Below, one piece after another: positions 1 to 12,400 of a stretch of DNA of 64,000 nucleotides (position 1 is its first letter; each line of letters opens with the position of its first letter). Location of the stretch: the NCBI GenBank assembly GCA_043228905.1, contig JBHGNT010000013.1:19406001-19470000 (forward strand), in the 5' to 3' direction. A program made the position numbers and the translations under genes. Origin of the DNA: Azolla caroliniana (taxonomy: Eukaryota; Plantae; Polypodiophyta). The notes beneath the pieces are model-generated. The model had not been told where the DNA came from. It did no database searches and was given only the letters and a program-made list of their open reading frames with translations.

Positions 1-2250
1 AATTTATGTTTAAATCTCGCATTAAATGAGCTCTATGCTGTACTGTTTAGATTAAAAATATTTGAGTTATGTTCTAAGCTGTGATCATATTTCCTTGTGG
101 AAAAAGAAATTTTTCCTTTATATGGAGAATTTCAAGGGCCCGTAAATGTAATGGAAATTAAGTAAAGTGTGATTTGAAAATTTGAGATTTTAGTCTCTCT
201 CTCCCTGAGCTTGACTCTTTATTGAATCAGTAATTAAGTTTGATTAATGACTTCTACTGATGATTTACTTTGATGCATTTGTGTTTTGAATTTGTCTGTA
301 CTTTAGTTCATTGAACCAACAGGTTGTAGGATGCACAACTGGAGATGAGCATTATTTTATAAATGTCAAAATCAAATATGATAGCATAACACAAGGATGT
401 AGTAATCCTATGAAGCGTTTACCATCCTCACTCGGAATTATTATGTTCAATGGAAAAATGAATTAGAGTTTCATCCCCACTTGGAATTTACTTGGTCATT
501 AGTAAAATGGATAAGGTTTGACCTTTTCATGTTGAAACCCACATCTGATTGATTTAAACATCTTATCATTGTTTTGTGCTCCAAGCAGCTCGAGCATATC
601 ATATATTATGCTTAAGAAATCATGCTTCATCACTTATGATTACACAAGTTTATCCCTTATCACTTACTGGATACACTTTGTAACAAATTGGTCTCATGCA
701 TGTATGAGAACACATTTTAATCCCTTTTTATGTTCATCTGCTTGACATTATTTGCAACATCCTTTGCACATTTAGCGAAATGCTATTTTTATGTTTTCAA
801 TTATGAGGTTAAGGGCTTCAAGAAAATCACATTTATAAATTAGGGAATTAAGAAATAGGATCCCATTGCCAATACCACCTCTCTACACACGTATTCAAGA
901 GAAATAGTTACTATGTATATGACTCTAAAAAACTTAGAATAAATCATATCTAGAGTTCATATAATCCATTGGGAAAGAACTTTTGAGTGTGGTTGCACAT
1001 CACTAAATAATTGATAAGATAACTTGACAATTGTATAGTAGGAAGGTGACATGTTTTTGATAAGGTCGTTATTGATTTGAAGTGAGGCATATCTAACAAG
1101 CCCTACTTTTCTTTCAGATTTGAAGAGAATGATCATTAAATGAGCTTTGGCAAACAAAGAAGAATAGTTTACAACTATTTTTTTTTATAGCTTTGTTTGG
1201 GAAGAAACCAAGTACGTGATTATTTGTTCACCTCTTAAGATGAGAAGACAATAGAGTTGGGTTGATATCATGCAGGATAAAGTGATTGTGTGGTTTTTCA
1301 TTGAACATTCTTACACATAGAATGTGTAGATGGAGTCATGTGGCTGATCTTAAAAAATCTCTCACTTTTTTATTCATTATGTTTTTGTCTTTGGTTATAC
1401 ATAGTAACATAGCCACATTTAGTATAATTACTTTGAGAATATCTTCACTTAACTTCGTCTAGAGTTTCTCTACAATAACTTCCTAAGATCCGCCTGTCTT
1501 TGTACTCCCATCATTAATCATGTACTTGTAGTAGTGACACCAAATAAGCACATTGTAATTCATGTTTTGGTTCCATGTTTGCATTATTTTATATCCATAT
1601 ATTGGGTATATCTAAAGACAACTTCCAAGTTTGAGCCTAAAGTCTTTCCACAATCCACTAAAAACTTGAAATGACAAAAACGAGCTTCATATTTCCAATG
1701 TGTAAGTTTATCATCCAATAGAAATTCTAATAGCTCATAATGTCACAATTAATTCCAAAGTACCAACAATTATAATTTATAAATATTAATGCATGCCACA
1801 AAATTAGAAACTTGAATCCAAAGTACCATATTTTACAACCTTATTGCATTAAGTGGAAATGTTCTTCCTCGTATGTATTTATCCATAAATATACTATAGG
1901 TAGATTATGTCTTCAATGTTAAATGTCGAATTGGATCTCCTAGTATGGTTGATCTTGCTGTAAGAAATATTCATCAATGTAAGTAGGCCTCTCAAAAAAT
2001 TTCAATTGCAGTTCCCTTCGCTTCCTTCATATTCACTTGTACTTGTATTATTGAGTTCTCAGTTATATTTTGATCCTTCGATCTTCCTCTTTTTTGAGCC
2101 ATCTCTTATCAGTACATATTCTACTTTTGTTGGTCACCCTAGCCATGTCATTTCTTTGGATTGTGCCACAAAACTACAACATCAATCTATATGAATCCGA
2201 TTAATATGAGCAACATGCTCGCACCTTCTTGTGCATTCGTATACTCTGAT

Positions 2251-3633
2251 CTATGAAAGATGATTGTTCCTTGATTGAATGAATGCACAAAGAAGACGAA
2301 TGCATCTCTTCAATGCACACCCAACCATTGATGCACTTTGGCCAATTAGTGTTGTCAAGGCATCAATCGTAAACAAGTGGGAGTATCGAATATAAAGTAC
2401 ACCTGCTAAGATCCCACACACATGACTAAAAAAGGACACCCCGGGAACAAATGTTTGAACAAGCACCAATTCAAACCATGCAACATAACGTGTTGGAACA
2501 AGAATTCCGTATACATTGGCATGGGTGGGAGATTTCAGGTTCAATATCACTTTCATACCAAACAATACACCGGAAAATCCTACAGTACATTGGAGAGAGG
2601 GTAAGAGTCGAGTACCAATTAGCAAAGCTAATCCGTTTGCAAAAACAACCATAATACTCTGGGATAATATAATAAGGACAATAACCATTTTTGCAAATTG
2701 AAGACTGCCCATCTTTAATTCAAGCTGCACTCCTTTCCAGAGGAGAGAGAGCATATTGTACACCAAATGAGTGTCATCAACATGATAAAATGCCGAAAGG
2801 AAGACCCTCCTAATATCCCAATTCTACAAAACAAAAACAAAAGAAGAGTATGAGGTTCTACCCTTATTTCCAGCAAATGGAAATTGCTGATCCTAGTGAT
2901 TGGTTCCATGACTGTTAGGAAGAAAATGATAGTTACACTCAGTCTTATAAATGCTACAATTTCGACATATTCCGTTGCGGCAGACTCCGTCCGTGGCTAC
3001 ATGTATATGAACTATCAATGCAAATATAGGGATCCCCTTGGATGGATACAGCCACTGGGAATGGAACCCAAAACCCCAAGGAAAGTTTTACCCAAACCAT
3101 CACCATTCAGGAAGTCTAAAAAGAAAGGAATTTCCCAGCATTTTTCCTTGGGGCAAAGAGGCTCTCTTTCCTGTAATATTACTCCTTTTAATGTGATTCG
3201 ACATCTTGCACTTATTGCAGACGAGTCAGGATTCGGTATGCGTAGCTAGATGCATAAAAAATGCATCAAACACAAGTTAAGCTATATATATATATATGCT
3301 GAATCTAAGTTGTAAGCTAAAAAAATGGAGAAAAATATGTTTGTGAGATGGATCATACACATAGACATACACACATCCACATCATGCAGTGACCAAAATC
3401 AAAACCTGGAGGATGAGAAGAGGATCGAAGCAAGCATCTCCGGGTGCGGGGAGGAGATCCGAGAGGCGCCTCAACGGGCGGAGATATGTAATGAGGCTCG
3501 CGATGATGATGCCGGCTGTGACGCTGGGGAGTGCTCGTGTGTCGATGAATGCATAGCGGACTAGGGAGTGGAAGAGCAGGATGAAGGTCACACTGCATCC
3601 TCCACCTGCAACAGACCTCCTCTGCATCATCAT
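2251..3633 (-). CDS. RBL14: Rhomboid-like intramembrane serine protease (RBL14/RHBDD1 type), 2 exons: 3633-3406 and 2823-2251
   Basis: Exon 1 MMMQRRS...PSVTAGIIIASLITYLRP...FDPLLILQ ends at a GT donor (3405). Exon 2 follows TTGTAG and reads NWDIRRVFLSAFYHVDDTHLVYNMLSLLWKG...VGFSGVLFGMK...FFSHVCGILAG. Catalytic GFSG serine and TM6 histidine are present. The stop at 2253-2251 comes before the usual C-terminal zinc finger. Confidence 0.85.
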
Positions 3634-4347
3634 TCTTAAACACTCAAGCAGCTGCCAAAAGAGCCATGGCGTAATGCCACCAACAACTTCTCTTTTGTGC
3701 ATTTATTTGCCTTTTTGTATGCATTGCTTCCATGGTACTCTACTCTCTCTCTCTCTCTCCACTAACTCATAGAAGAATCCCTTCTCTAGCCTGCAGTTTA
3801 GCTTCCATGGCAAATGGGAACACCACAGAATGGGAGAAAATCTGATTTGGATATCAAGTGGATGGAAAGTTGTGTGATGGTTGTCTATATGGAAAATGCG
3901 AGATGGATTCATTTTATTATCGCCCTCTGAAGTCATATATGGCCTATCAATCCAAACCAAAAACATCTCGAACGCCCCCAACTCATTTAAATTCGTATGA
4001 ATCAATTCCTAGGCAAGCAATTGATAACAAGTTGGGATCACTTAAAGTCACTTCTAAACTCACATTACTTTATTAAATAATGATATCTAATCATCAAAAG
4101 AAGGAAACATAACATGATGTGCATTTTCACGCAATAGATTTCCGCTCTTACGATATGTTTAGTAAAAATCACACATTATCTAAGAGAGAGAGTGAGAGAA
4201 AGAGCTCATGCCAAGATATTTTAATTATGCATAGTTCATGCATGCTATATGCCAAAAATGTCGTGGAATCAAATCCAAAGAAACGATATGTATTGATCCC
4301 ATAACCAAGCTATTTAGAACCATATTTATCAAACAAGATATCATGGA

Positions 4348-4695
4348 GGGTGTGCACTACAAGCATGTAAACTTGAATGACTATCGAAGCAAAATGTCAA
4401 TATAGGATGAAAGTCAACAAAGAATTTGCGCCCATTCTCAAATTACATTTCTCTACAAACAAAGGGTGTGCGCCACAAGCATGTAAACTTGAATGGCTAT
4501 CGAAGCAAGATGTCAATATAGGATGAAAGTCAACAAAGAATTTGCGCCCATTCTCAAATTACATTTCTCTACGAACAAAGGGTGTGCGCCACAAGCATGT
4601 AAACTTGAATGGCTATCGAAGCAAGATGTCAATATAGGATGAAAGTCAACAAAGAATTTGTGCCCATTCTCAAATTACATTTCTCTACAAACAAC
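4348..4695. repeat. 3 x 116-bp tandem repeat inside duplication copy A
   Basis: The unit GGGTGTGC...CTCTACAAACAAA starts at 4348, 4464 and 4580. Copy B has a single unit (~5750-5865). Confidence 0.95.
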
Positions 4696-4973
4696 AATTG
4701 TGATGTTTGAGTTGGATGCTATGGTGGCTTGTAAGTTCACACATTGGCATTCAATCGCCACTTCATCCCAATATTTGGATAGACAATCGTAATCTACTTG
4801 GATTTAATGGAATGGGCAACGATCATGTTTCACGAAAGTTTTTACTCGACAAACCTAGAAGCTCCCACAGTGGACCAAAGTAAGTTCTCTCTTCGATGTT
4901 GTGCCCCCATCAATGTTATATACCTAGGCTAGAACTTTCCTAGCACCCTTATGAATCCAAATATCGAGTCAAA

Positions 4974-5114
4974 TTAATAAGCATTAAATAGCATCGGCAA
5001 CCAAGAAGCTTTCTTGCAATGCGATATAGCACTCTCCAATCTCTTCAACAAAGTCTCGTCTTTACGAGTTGTGGCCACAAGCTCCATGTCCATCTCCAAT
5101 AACCGTAGAAACTT
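4974..5114 (-). pseudogene. Duplicated 3' fragment of the gene at 6153-6866
   Basis: KFLRLLEMDMELVATTRKDETLLKRLESAISHCKKA matches the C-terminus of the intact gene. A 1-bp deletion (AAGAAGCTT vs AAGAAGGCTT) frameshifts the end. Confidence 0.9.
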
Positions 5115-6152
5115 TTTGTCTTTTTGTATGCATTGCTTCCATGGTACACTACTCTCTCTCTCCACTAACTCATAGAAGAATCCCTTCTCTAGCCGGTAGT
5201 TTAGCTTACAAGGCAAATGGGAACACCATAGAATGGGAGAAAATCTGATTTGGATATCAAGTGGATGGAAAGTTGTGTGATGGTTGTCTATATGGAAAAT
5301 GCGAGATGGATTCATTTTATTATCGCCCTCGGAAGTCATATATGGCCTATCAATCCAAACCAAAAACATCTCGAACGCCCCCAACTCATTTAAATTCGTA
5401 TGAATCAATTCCTAGGCAAGCAATTGCTAACAAGTTGGGATCACTTAAAGTCACTTCTAAACTCACATTACTTTATTAAATAATGATATCTAATCATCAA
5501 AAGAAGGAAACATAACATGATGTGCATTTTCACGCAATAGATTTCCGCTCTTACGATATGTTTAGTAAATCACACATTATCTAAGAGAGAGAGTGAGAGA
5601 AAGAGCTCATGCCAAGATATTTTAATTATGCATAGTTCCATGCATGCTATATGCCAAAAATGTCGTGGAAGCAAATCCAAAGAAACGACATGTATCGATC
5701 CCATAACCAAGCTATTTAGAACCATATTTATCAAACAAGACATCATGGAGAGTGTGCACCACAAGCATGTAAACTTGAATGGCTATCGAAGCAAAATGTC
5801 AATATAGGATGAAAGTCAACAAAGAATTTGTGCCCATTCTCAAATTACATTTCTCTACAAACAACAATTGTGATGTTTAGTTAGATGCTATGGTGGCTTG
5901 TAAGTTCACACATTGGCATTCAATCGCCACTTCATCCCAATAGATGGATAGACAATATAAATCTACTTGGATTTAATGGAATGGGCAACGATCATGTTTC
6001 ACGAAAGTTTTTACTTGACAAACCTAGAAGCTCCCACAGTGCACCAAAGTAAGTTCTCTCTTCGATGTTGTGCCGCCATCAATGCTATACACCTAGGCTA
6101 GAAATTTCCTAGCACCCTCATGAATCCAAATATCAAGTCAAATTAATAAACA

Positions 6153-6866
6153 TTAAATAGCATCGGCAACCAAGAAGGCTTTCTTGCAATGCGATATAGC
6201 ACTCTCCAATCTCTTCAACAAAGTCTCGTCTTTACGAGCTGCGGCCACGAGCTCCATGTCCATCTCCAATAACCGTAGAAACTTAAGGATCTCGATGACA
6301 GCCTCGTCTTTCACGCCTTCTTGTCCAAGGAGGTTCTTAGTTTCTTCGGTAACCTTGTCTATGACCACCGCGCCGGCTTTTGCCACACTCTCTCCGCCGC
6401 CGAATGGTCTCTCTAGTAAATGCCCGAAAACACGAAGGAAATCGGCGATTTTTGCGCCTTTCCCTGTTTTACTGATCTTAAAATCATCAGGATTGTACAC
6501 TCGAACCTTCCCTCTGGTCTTTTCCTCCTCTTTTTCTACCTTCTCCATTTGAATCACCAGTCTTTTGCTACTTTCACTTAAATCTCCTTCTTTTTCTTTT
6601 TCTTTTTCTTGTTCTTTTTCTTCTTCTGCTTCTTCTTCTTTAACCTCTGTTTCTGCTTCCTGATGCATAGAGCTGCTATGAATTGCTCCGACGCGAGTCC
6701 GAACCATCTGTTCTTGTGAGGCAGAGCTATAAATGGAGGCATTGTGATGATGGTGGTGAGGTTTCACCATCATCGCCTTCGGCTGCTGTCTGAGGAATAT
6801 CATGGATGTGGTGTTCTGTGATTTTCCATAGCTGCATACTTGCAGCTCTCCACACAAGCTCATCAT
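6153..6866 (-). CDS. Intronless uncharacterised plant protein (~237 aa), possibly plastid-targeted, with acidic linker and helical C-terminal domain
   Basis: Long ORF with its likely start at MMSLCG after a GA microsatellite. It has a Ser-rich N-terminus, an E/K-rich linker and an amphipathic C-terminus (LRLLEMDMELVAAARKDETLLKRLESAISHCKKAFLVADAI). Targeting and function are inference. Confidence 0.75.
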   Translation of the reverse strand: MMSLCGELQVCSYGKSQNTTSMIFLRQQPKAMMVKPHHHHHNASIYSSASQEQMVRTRVGAIHSSSMHQEAETEVKEEEAEEEKEQEKEKEKEGDLSESSKRLVIQMEKVEKEEEKTRGKVRVYNPDDFKISKTGKGAKIADFLRVFGHLLERPFGGGESVAKAGAVVIDKVTEETKNLLGQEGVKDEAVIEILKFLRLLEMDMELVAAARKDETLLKRLESAISHCKKAFLVADAI

Positions 6867-7244
6867 CTCCCTCTCTCTCTCTCTCTGTTTTTTCTTCTTC
6901 TCTTTGTGAATGAATGGATGGATAAAATGAAGCTCATTCATATACATAATATATTTGCAAGGCCTAGATACTACTAGCCTTATAGTTTTTTCTCACAAAA
7001 AATATTGTCCACATATTGTTAGTACAAATTCTAACTACATGTGTGCCTTGTTTTTTTTTTTACTCTCTCTCGTAGCCCCTATCGAAACTAATCGATTCGG
7101 CTCCTTCTGGCTATCGAAGAAATAGAAATTTTATATGGCTTCAATGTACCTACTTAGCTTCCTCGGGCCCCTATTGCAACCATGCTTCCATGTTCGCTCA
7201 ATTGTTCGCCTCAGTTGGTGGCTTCAGACGAAGTTGTGCACTCC

Positions 7245-7245
<1 letters not shown>

Positions 7246-7287
<42 letters not shown>
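7246..7287. repeat. (CTT)n microsatellite
   Basis: About 14 perfect CTT units. Confidence 0.95.
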
Positions 7288-7289
<2 letters not shown>

Positions 7290-8736
7290 AAAGAATGGAC
7301 AATTGTGTGCCATAATCAATATGGGTTTCAAGACTTAATTGAACCTTACATCCCTTTGTTGTATTGTTCAATGAGACATGTTTGTATTTGTGGTGTTTTG
7401 GTGTCGAGACACTCTATATCTCCAGCATTCTTTTTATATAACAGTGAGGGAAACGAATTGACAAATAGAAACCTCGTCTTCTATGTCTATAGAGTGACTA
7501 CAAGACAATGACAATGAATGCCTTTAGGGTGGAGATACACTCCGCTACTCCATGAGACATGTAGCCATGAAGCTTCCAAATACGATAGATGTGAGAACAT
7601 TTTGACATGCCAAATGGTCACATTACTATAAGGAAGAGCTTACTTGTTTACACATTTATTTTATTTACCCTACTAAATGGCATGTGTCTTCTCTGTATAT
7701 AATTAAGTCCCAAGTTCCTTTTGTTCAACCATCTAGAGAAGTTTTTTGTAACATGACACATATGCATGTTGATAACATTGTCAATAATTGATACACAATG
7801 CATGTGTTTAAACGCCTTTCAAAAGGCTAGGGGATGTGTGCCCACTTTATCAATCGTAGGATTGCCCATTTATTTTTTTGCTTTCTAGGGTATTTATGGT
7901 GGTCACTAAAACCGTTCCCTTAAATTTTGTAATGACTATTTGCCACACACTTTTTAGTTCTACTTTGCCTTGATTATCATACCAAGGTATATGCAGATTG
8001 ACATAATCTTTACTCTATTGTTCGCGATATGAGTACAAGAGGGGGTGTCAAACCACTCATAAGCCTATGAGCGAACTGTAAGAATAAGCAAGCAATCTAA
8101 AACTATTTCCTAAATACACCGAAATGAGTAGTAGTTCACATAATCACATTGTGTTAACTACTAAGGAAAATCATAAACAAGAAGGAAACAAAGCAAAATC
8201 AATAGTTTTTAGCGTTTCCTCCACGATCAACCTGAACACTTAAGATGAAGGCTTAAGTTTGGGCATCATCATAAATGAGAAGATTAGGGTTAAGATTATA
8301 GTTCTAGGGAGGTAGAGATGAGGAGACGAAAAGACCTATAAAAGTGTATTTTTATAGCTTTTACAACGTTTGAGCTATTTTCACACTATCCACCATCCGA
8401 TTTACCTCTCTATTCTTTTGTCTTTTTATCAAGCACCGCACCACACATGCTCATTCTCATTTGATATATGATTAACACCAGATATTACAACCTTAATTTT
8501 TTGAATGCATATTACTTTTATCTTCTTGTAACTTTAAATTGCTTTGATGACGACCTACGAGTTTATAATTGATTCACAAAAAGATAATGCAAGCAACAAT
8601 ATATATCCAATTAAAGAAACGATGTATATGTATGCATGTGGTATGGATGAGGGATTCATCAATTCATATGCACATGGTCACAGTGGAGCTCTCAAGTACC
8701 TCGATCAAGTTCATGCACAAAATAGAAGATCACAGG

Positions 8737-8904
8737 CAAAAAACTCCCTATGTCCTCGGACATCTTTGCAGACTTCTGGGCTGAATAATAACCCGTAGAA
8801 CCACCGAACATGCCTATGATCTGATCAAAGGCATGTTCGGTGGTTCTACGGGTTATTCAGCCCAGAAGTCCGTGAAGATGTCCGATGACGTAGGGGGTTT
8901 TTTG
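8737..8904. repeat. Long near-perfect inverted repeat (~83-bp arms, centre GATC-T-GATC at 8822)
   Basis: The left arm CAAAAAACTCCCTATGTCCTCGGACATC...CCACCGAACATGCCTATGATC pairs with GATCAAAGGCATGTTCGGTGG...GATGTCCGATGACGTAGGGGGTTTTTTG, with ~7 substitutions and one 3-nt bulge. Confidence 0.92.
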
Positions 8905-9419
8905 GGGCGGCCTCTTCCGACCGGATGTTCGAGAGTGGCTGGGTGGAATCTCGAGACACATTTCCCGCCGGAAAAGATGAAAAGAGTAGTAGTCAATACA
9001 TAATGTATGTATGTATGTAATAGACAAACCAAGATGTATGTACATACATATGCTAATAATCAATGCTACCAATATATGGATGTATGTAAATATGTATCCC
9101 TTCAAAGCCACTCTTTGTGTTTTATTTACAAGAACCCAAAAAACAATTGCCCCCCAGAAAAACAGAACATACATACACACACAGACAGACACACGCTTTC
9201 TTCCTCTCTTCTCTTCTCTTCTCTTCTCTTCTCTGTTGCTTGCTGTCTGCTGCCTGTCGTCTCCATCGCCGTCACCGTCACCGTCACCGTCTCCATCGCC
9301 GTCACTGTCGTCGTCGAAGAAGAAGAAGAAGAAGAAGCAGCAGCAGAAGAAGAAGCAGACGAAGAAGAAGAAAGAAGAAGAAGCAGAGGAAAAGAAGCGG
9401 CTGCATCTGCATATCAGCC

Positions 9420-12400
9420 ATGGATGTGGTCACATCTAGCAACATCGGAGACAGGCCTGTCGAGAAGGTGGTTGTCCATCCCCTCGTTCTGCTCAGCATC
9501 GTCGACAACTACAACCGAGTCGCCAAAGAAACTCGGAAGCGCGTCGTAGGTGTTCTGCTCGGCTCCACCTTCCGTGGCCGTGTAGATGTCACCAACAGCT
9601 ACGCAGGTCAGCACCATTTCCTTCTTCTTCTTCTTCTCTCTTTCCCTCCCTGCTTTCCGTAGGATGAAAAAGGGCGCGTCTTTTGATTATGAACTTCAAT
9701 ATTTATGTAGGTCTCACGATATCCTGTTTTCTTTGCACATTTTTCTTTCTTTTTTCTCTTGATCCTGCGGAGTGAATGCAAGAAAACGATGTCCATTAAG
9801 TAGAAGTGCCTGTCTTGTTTTTCGTGCGGATGTGAGCTACAAAGAACATAATATTGTGGCTTTTGAAATGGAAAGTGACGCTAATCCCTTCCTTACTAGG
9901 AGATCTCCTTACCATCCTTTTGTTACAACTTGCCCGAAATCTTCCCTGGACATTACCTTTGGATTCCTTTTCGTCCAGATTTAGCCATGTAGGTTACAGG
10001 CAAGCGAATATATGAATTTGTATCCTTCAAATATTATCATGATCTGAAATGTCGCTACATCCTTGAGAATGCAAGACAAATCTTTGAGGGTTTTTTTTTC
10101 CTACACTCTATTGCAGAATGTTCTATGGTATCTTTCAAGAAAAATATGTCTTTTGTTCACAATTAAAATGTGTTGCCATCCAGACTGACTGTGTAACATA
10201 TTATGTGAAATTAAAATGCAAAAGTCCGATTCTTTCTTCCTCTGCCGAATGCAAGAAGATGATGACCATCTCAACATGGAAATGTTCTTACGCTAAATTG
10301 CAGCACTTGACTTAGCGTCTTTCAAGAGCATGAGTTTTCTTCACAATCAGTATTTTCTTTTGTGTAGTTTAGTTACTATTCTCAACATCATAATGCATGA
10401 ACTTATGCAGGGTCAATGACAGTGGTTATTATTCTGAAACTAAAATAAAGCAGTGTCTGTAGTAATTTCTTTCTCAGGAAGACTTCTTTGCCTGGGCCAG
10501 GAGACAGTTCCTCCTCAAAAGGCGTCCCATATCCTAATCATATCAAATTGTGTGCTAATTTTTTGATCTAGTATTTTGGGCGATTTCTTGTTTCTTATTT
10601 TATGTTCTTTGTGCTCATTTAGATGCGTCTCTTCTTTCATTGGTTTTGACCCACCATTGCATATATAACTGTTGTAGCATGGATCTCACACCAAGTCTTG
10701 TTCTTTAGATTGCTAATAGATGTTTGACGATAGAAGAACCATGAAATCAAAAATTTCTTGATTATTTTGACTTAGCACAAACATAAACTCTTCTCCCACC
10801 ATCTAAGATCTTTAGAGATGCTACCTGATATGATTAGGATTCGAATGCCGCTTCAGGAGTTCTTGCCTCCATACCGCAGGCATCATATTCTGATCCAGTT
10901 AGAAATCATAGTATGTTGGCTCTCCAGTGCCTCCATCTAAGATTTGCATTCCAGACTTTGGGCTCACTATTCGAAGCTATTTTAAGGAATCCAAATAGAA
11001 TCATGAGTTCAATGTTGGTATGCATCTTTGAGCTTGTAGATAACAATTGGAACATATTAATTTAAGAAGGCATTCTCTCTTTTGTTTTTTCAAGTTTAAT
11101 GATTTTCAAAGTTCTAGGAGGCAATAGAGGGCCAATCATAATTTGAACATGGGGTTTCGGCACTATTATAGAATGCAATGACCTGTCATAATTTTCGTGT
11201 TATGGCAGGATGGCAGTTTGCATTGATGTATGCATGTATGGCACACTTCGTTTCTCTCTCTCACACACAGATGCACATTTATACATGTGTGGGAGAGATT
11301 AGATGAATCTGGTGATGTATCTAGTGTAATGCATTAGAAAATTGCTTGTATGTTATTAACTTGCTATTGAATGTCAATGGATATGATGTTTGAAATTCTG
11401 TTATGATCACTGCTTACTGCTTTTCTTAATCAATCTGTGTTGTTGCAGTTCCTTTTGAAGAAGATGAGAAGGATCCTAGCATTTGGTTTATGGATCACAA
11501 TTACCATGAAACTATGTTTGATATGTTCAAACGAATAAATGGTATGAATAGATATTCAGCAAGATTGCTGTTATAGAGTTTGGAATCAAGATCATGCTTA
11601 TAAATTGCATCTATTTGTTGCAGCTAAGGAGCATGTGGTAGGTTGGTACAGCACTGGTCCAAAACTACGTGAGAATGATTTGAATATACATGCACTCTTT
11701 AGAGAGTGAGTATCTTATCCTATAACTTTAATTATGAGACTTGATGATGTTATAATTTCTTTTTTCAGCTTAGTGGACAATCTTTCACTTTCTGGAGGTG
11801 CAAAAAATTGACTGCATTGTGCAGAGTGAAAATTTATATCTTCTTTAGTCACGTCGTAATTATATTTCTATTTACTTTTCTTTTAGTTACGTTTATTTTG
11901 GTTTGCTGTTCTTACAGTCGAGACAACATTTTAAGATGTAATCTCTTGTTTGGTTTTATAGGGCATTTTGGCCTCTTAAAAGATGTTAATCTCTCTCCCT
12001 CTCTCCCAGCCCCCTCTTCTCATTTCGTGCGAGATCCACAAACTCCGTGACCTCTAGCAGTGTTGACACAGACCTTGACTGAGATTCCACTCTCAACTGC
12101 AGCCACAGCTTCCCATTTACTACCCAGATAGGGAGATGATGTCCAAGTACCATGTCTGAGAACAACTGTATGCTGATATGCAGCCGTAGGTCTCACTATC
12201 AACTAGTGATGTTTTGTCTTTTGTCATCTCATTGATTAGAAGAAGAGGGTATATATGTCTAGCCGTGAGATTCCAAGGAGGCATGGAAATTTATGAGGGA
12301 AGACTCTCCAGCTACAAGTCACCTCCCTGGATACATCTCATATGCAGCATCTTTTATATGATGTACCAGAGCAGCCATCTCCACCGGATCCATTGGTGCC

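Larger units (their letters stand above)
3706..6284. repeat. Recent tandem segmental duplication: copy A 3706-5114, copy B 5115-6284
   Basis: Near-identical sequence, e.g. the ORFs at 3858 and 5261 translate almost identically. The junction AACCGTAGAAACTT|TTTGTC at 5114 compares with AACCGTAGAAACTT|AAGG at 6284 in the intact gene. Confidence 0.95.

Noticed and set aside
4348-4695. CRISPR-like array
   Set aside because: Contiguous 116-bp units without unique spacers, in a eukaryotic context with no cas genes.
8019-8477. Possible solo LTR (TGTT...AACA)
   Set aside because: No matching TSD and no second copy in the window.
9007-9419. Long low-complexity ORFs (poly-E, poly-K, poly-R)
   Set aside because: GAA/CCGTCA/CTCTT microsatellites in the RPN8 5' region. 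The real start is MDVV at 9420.
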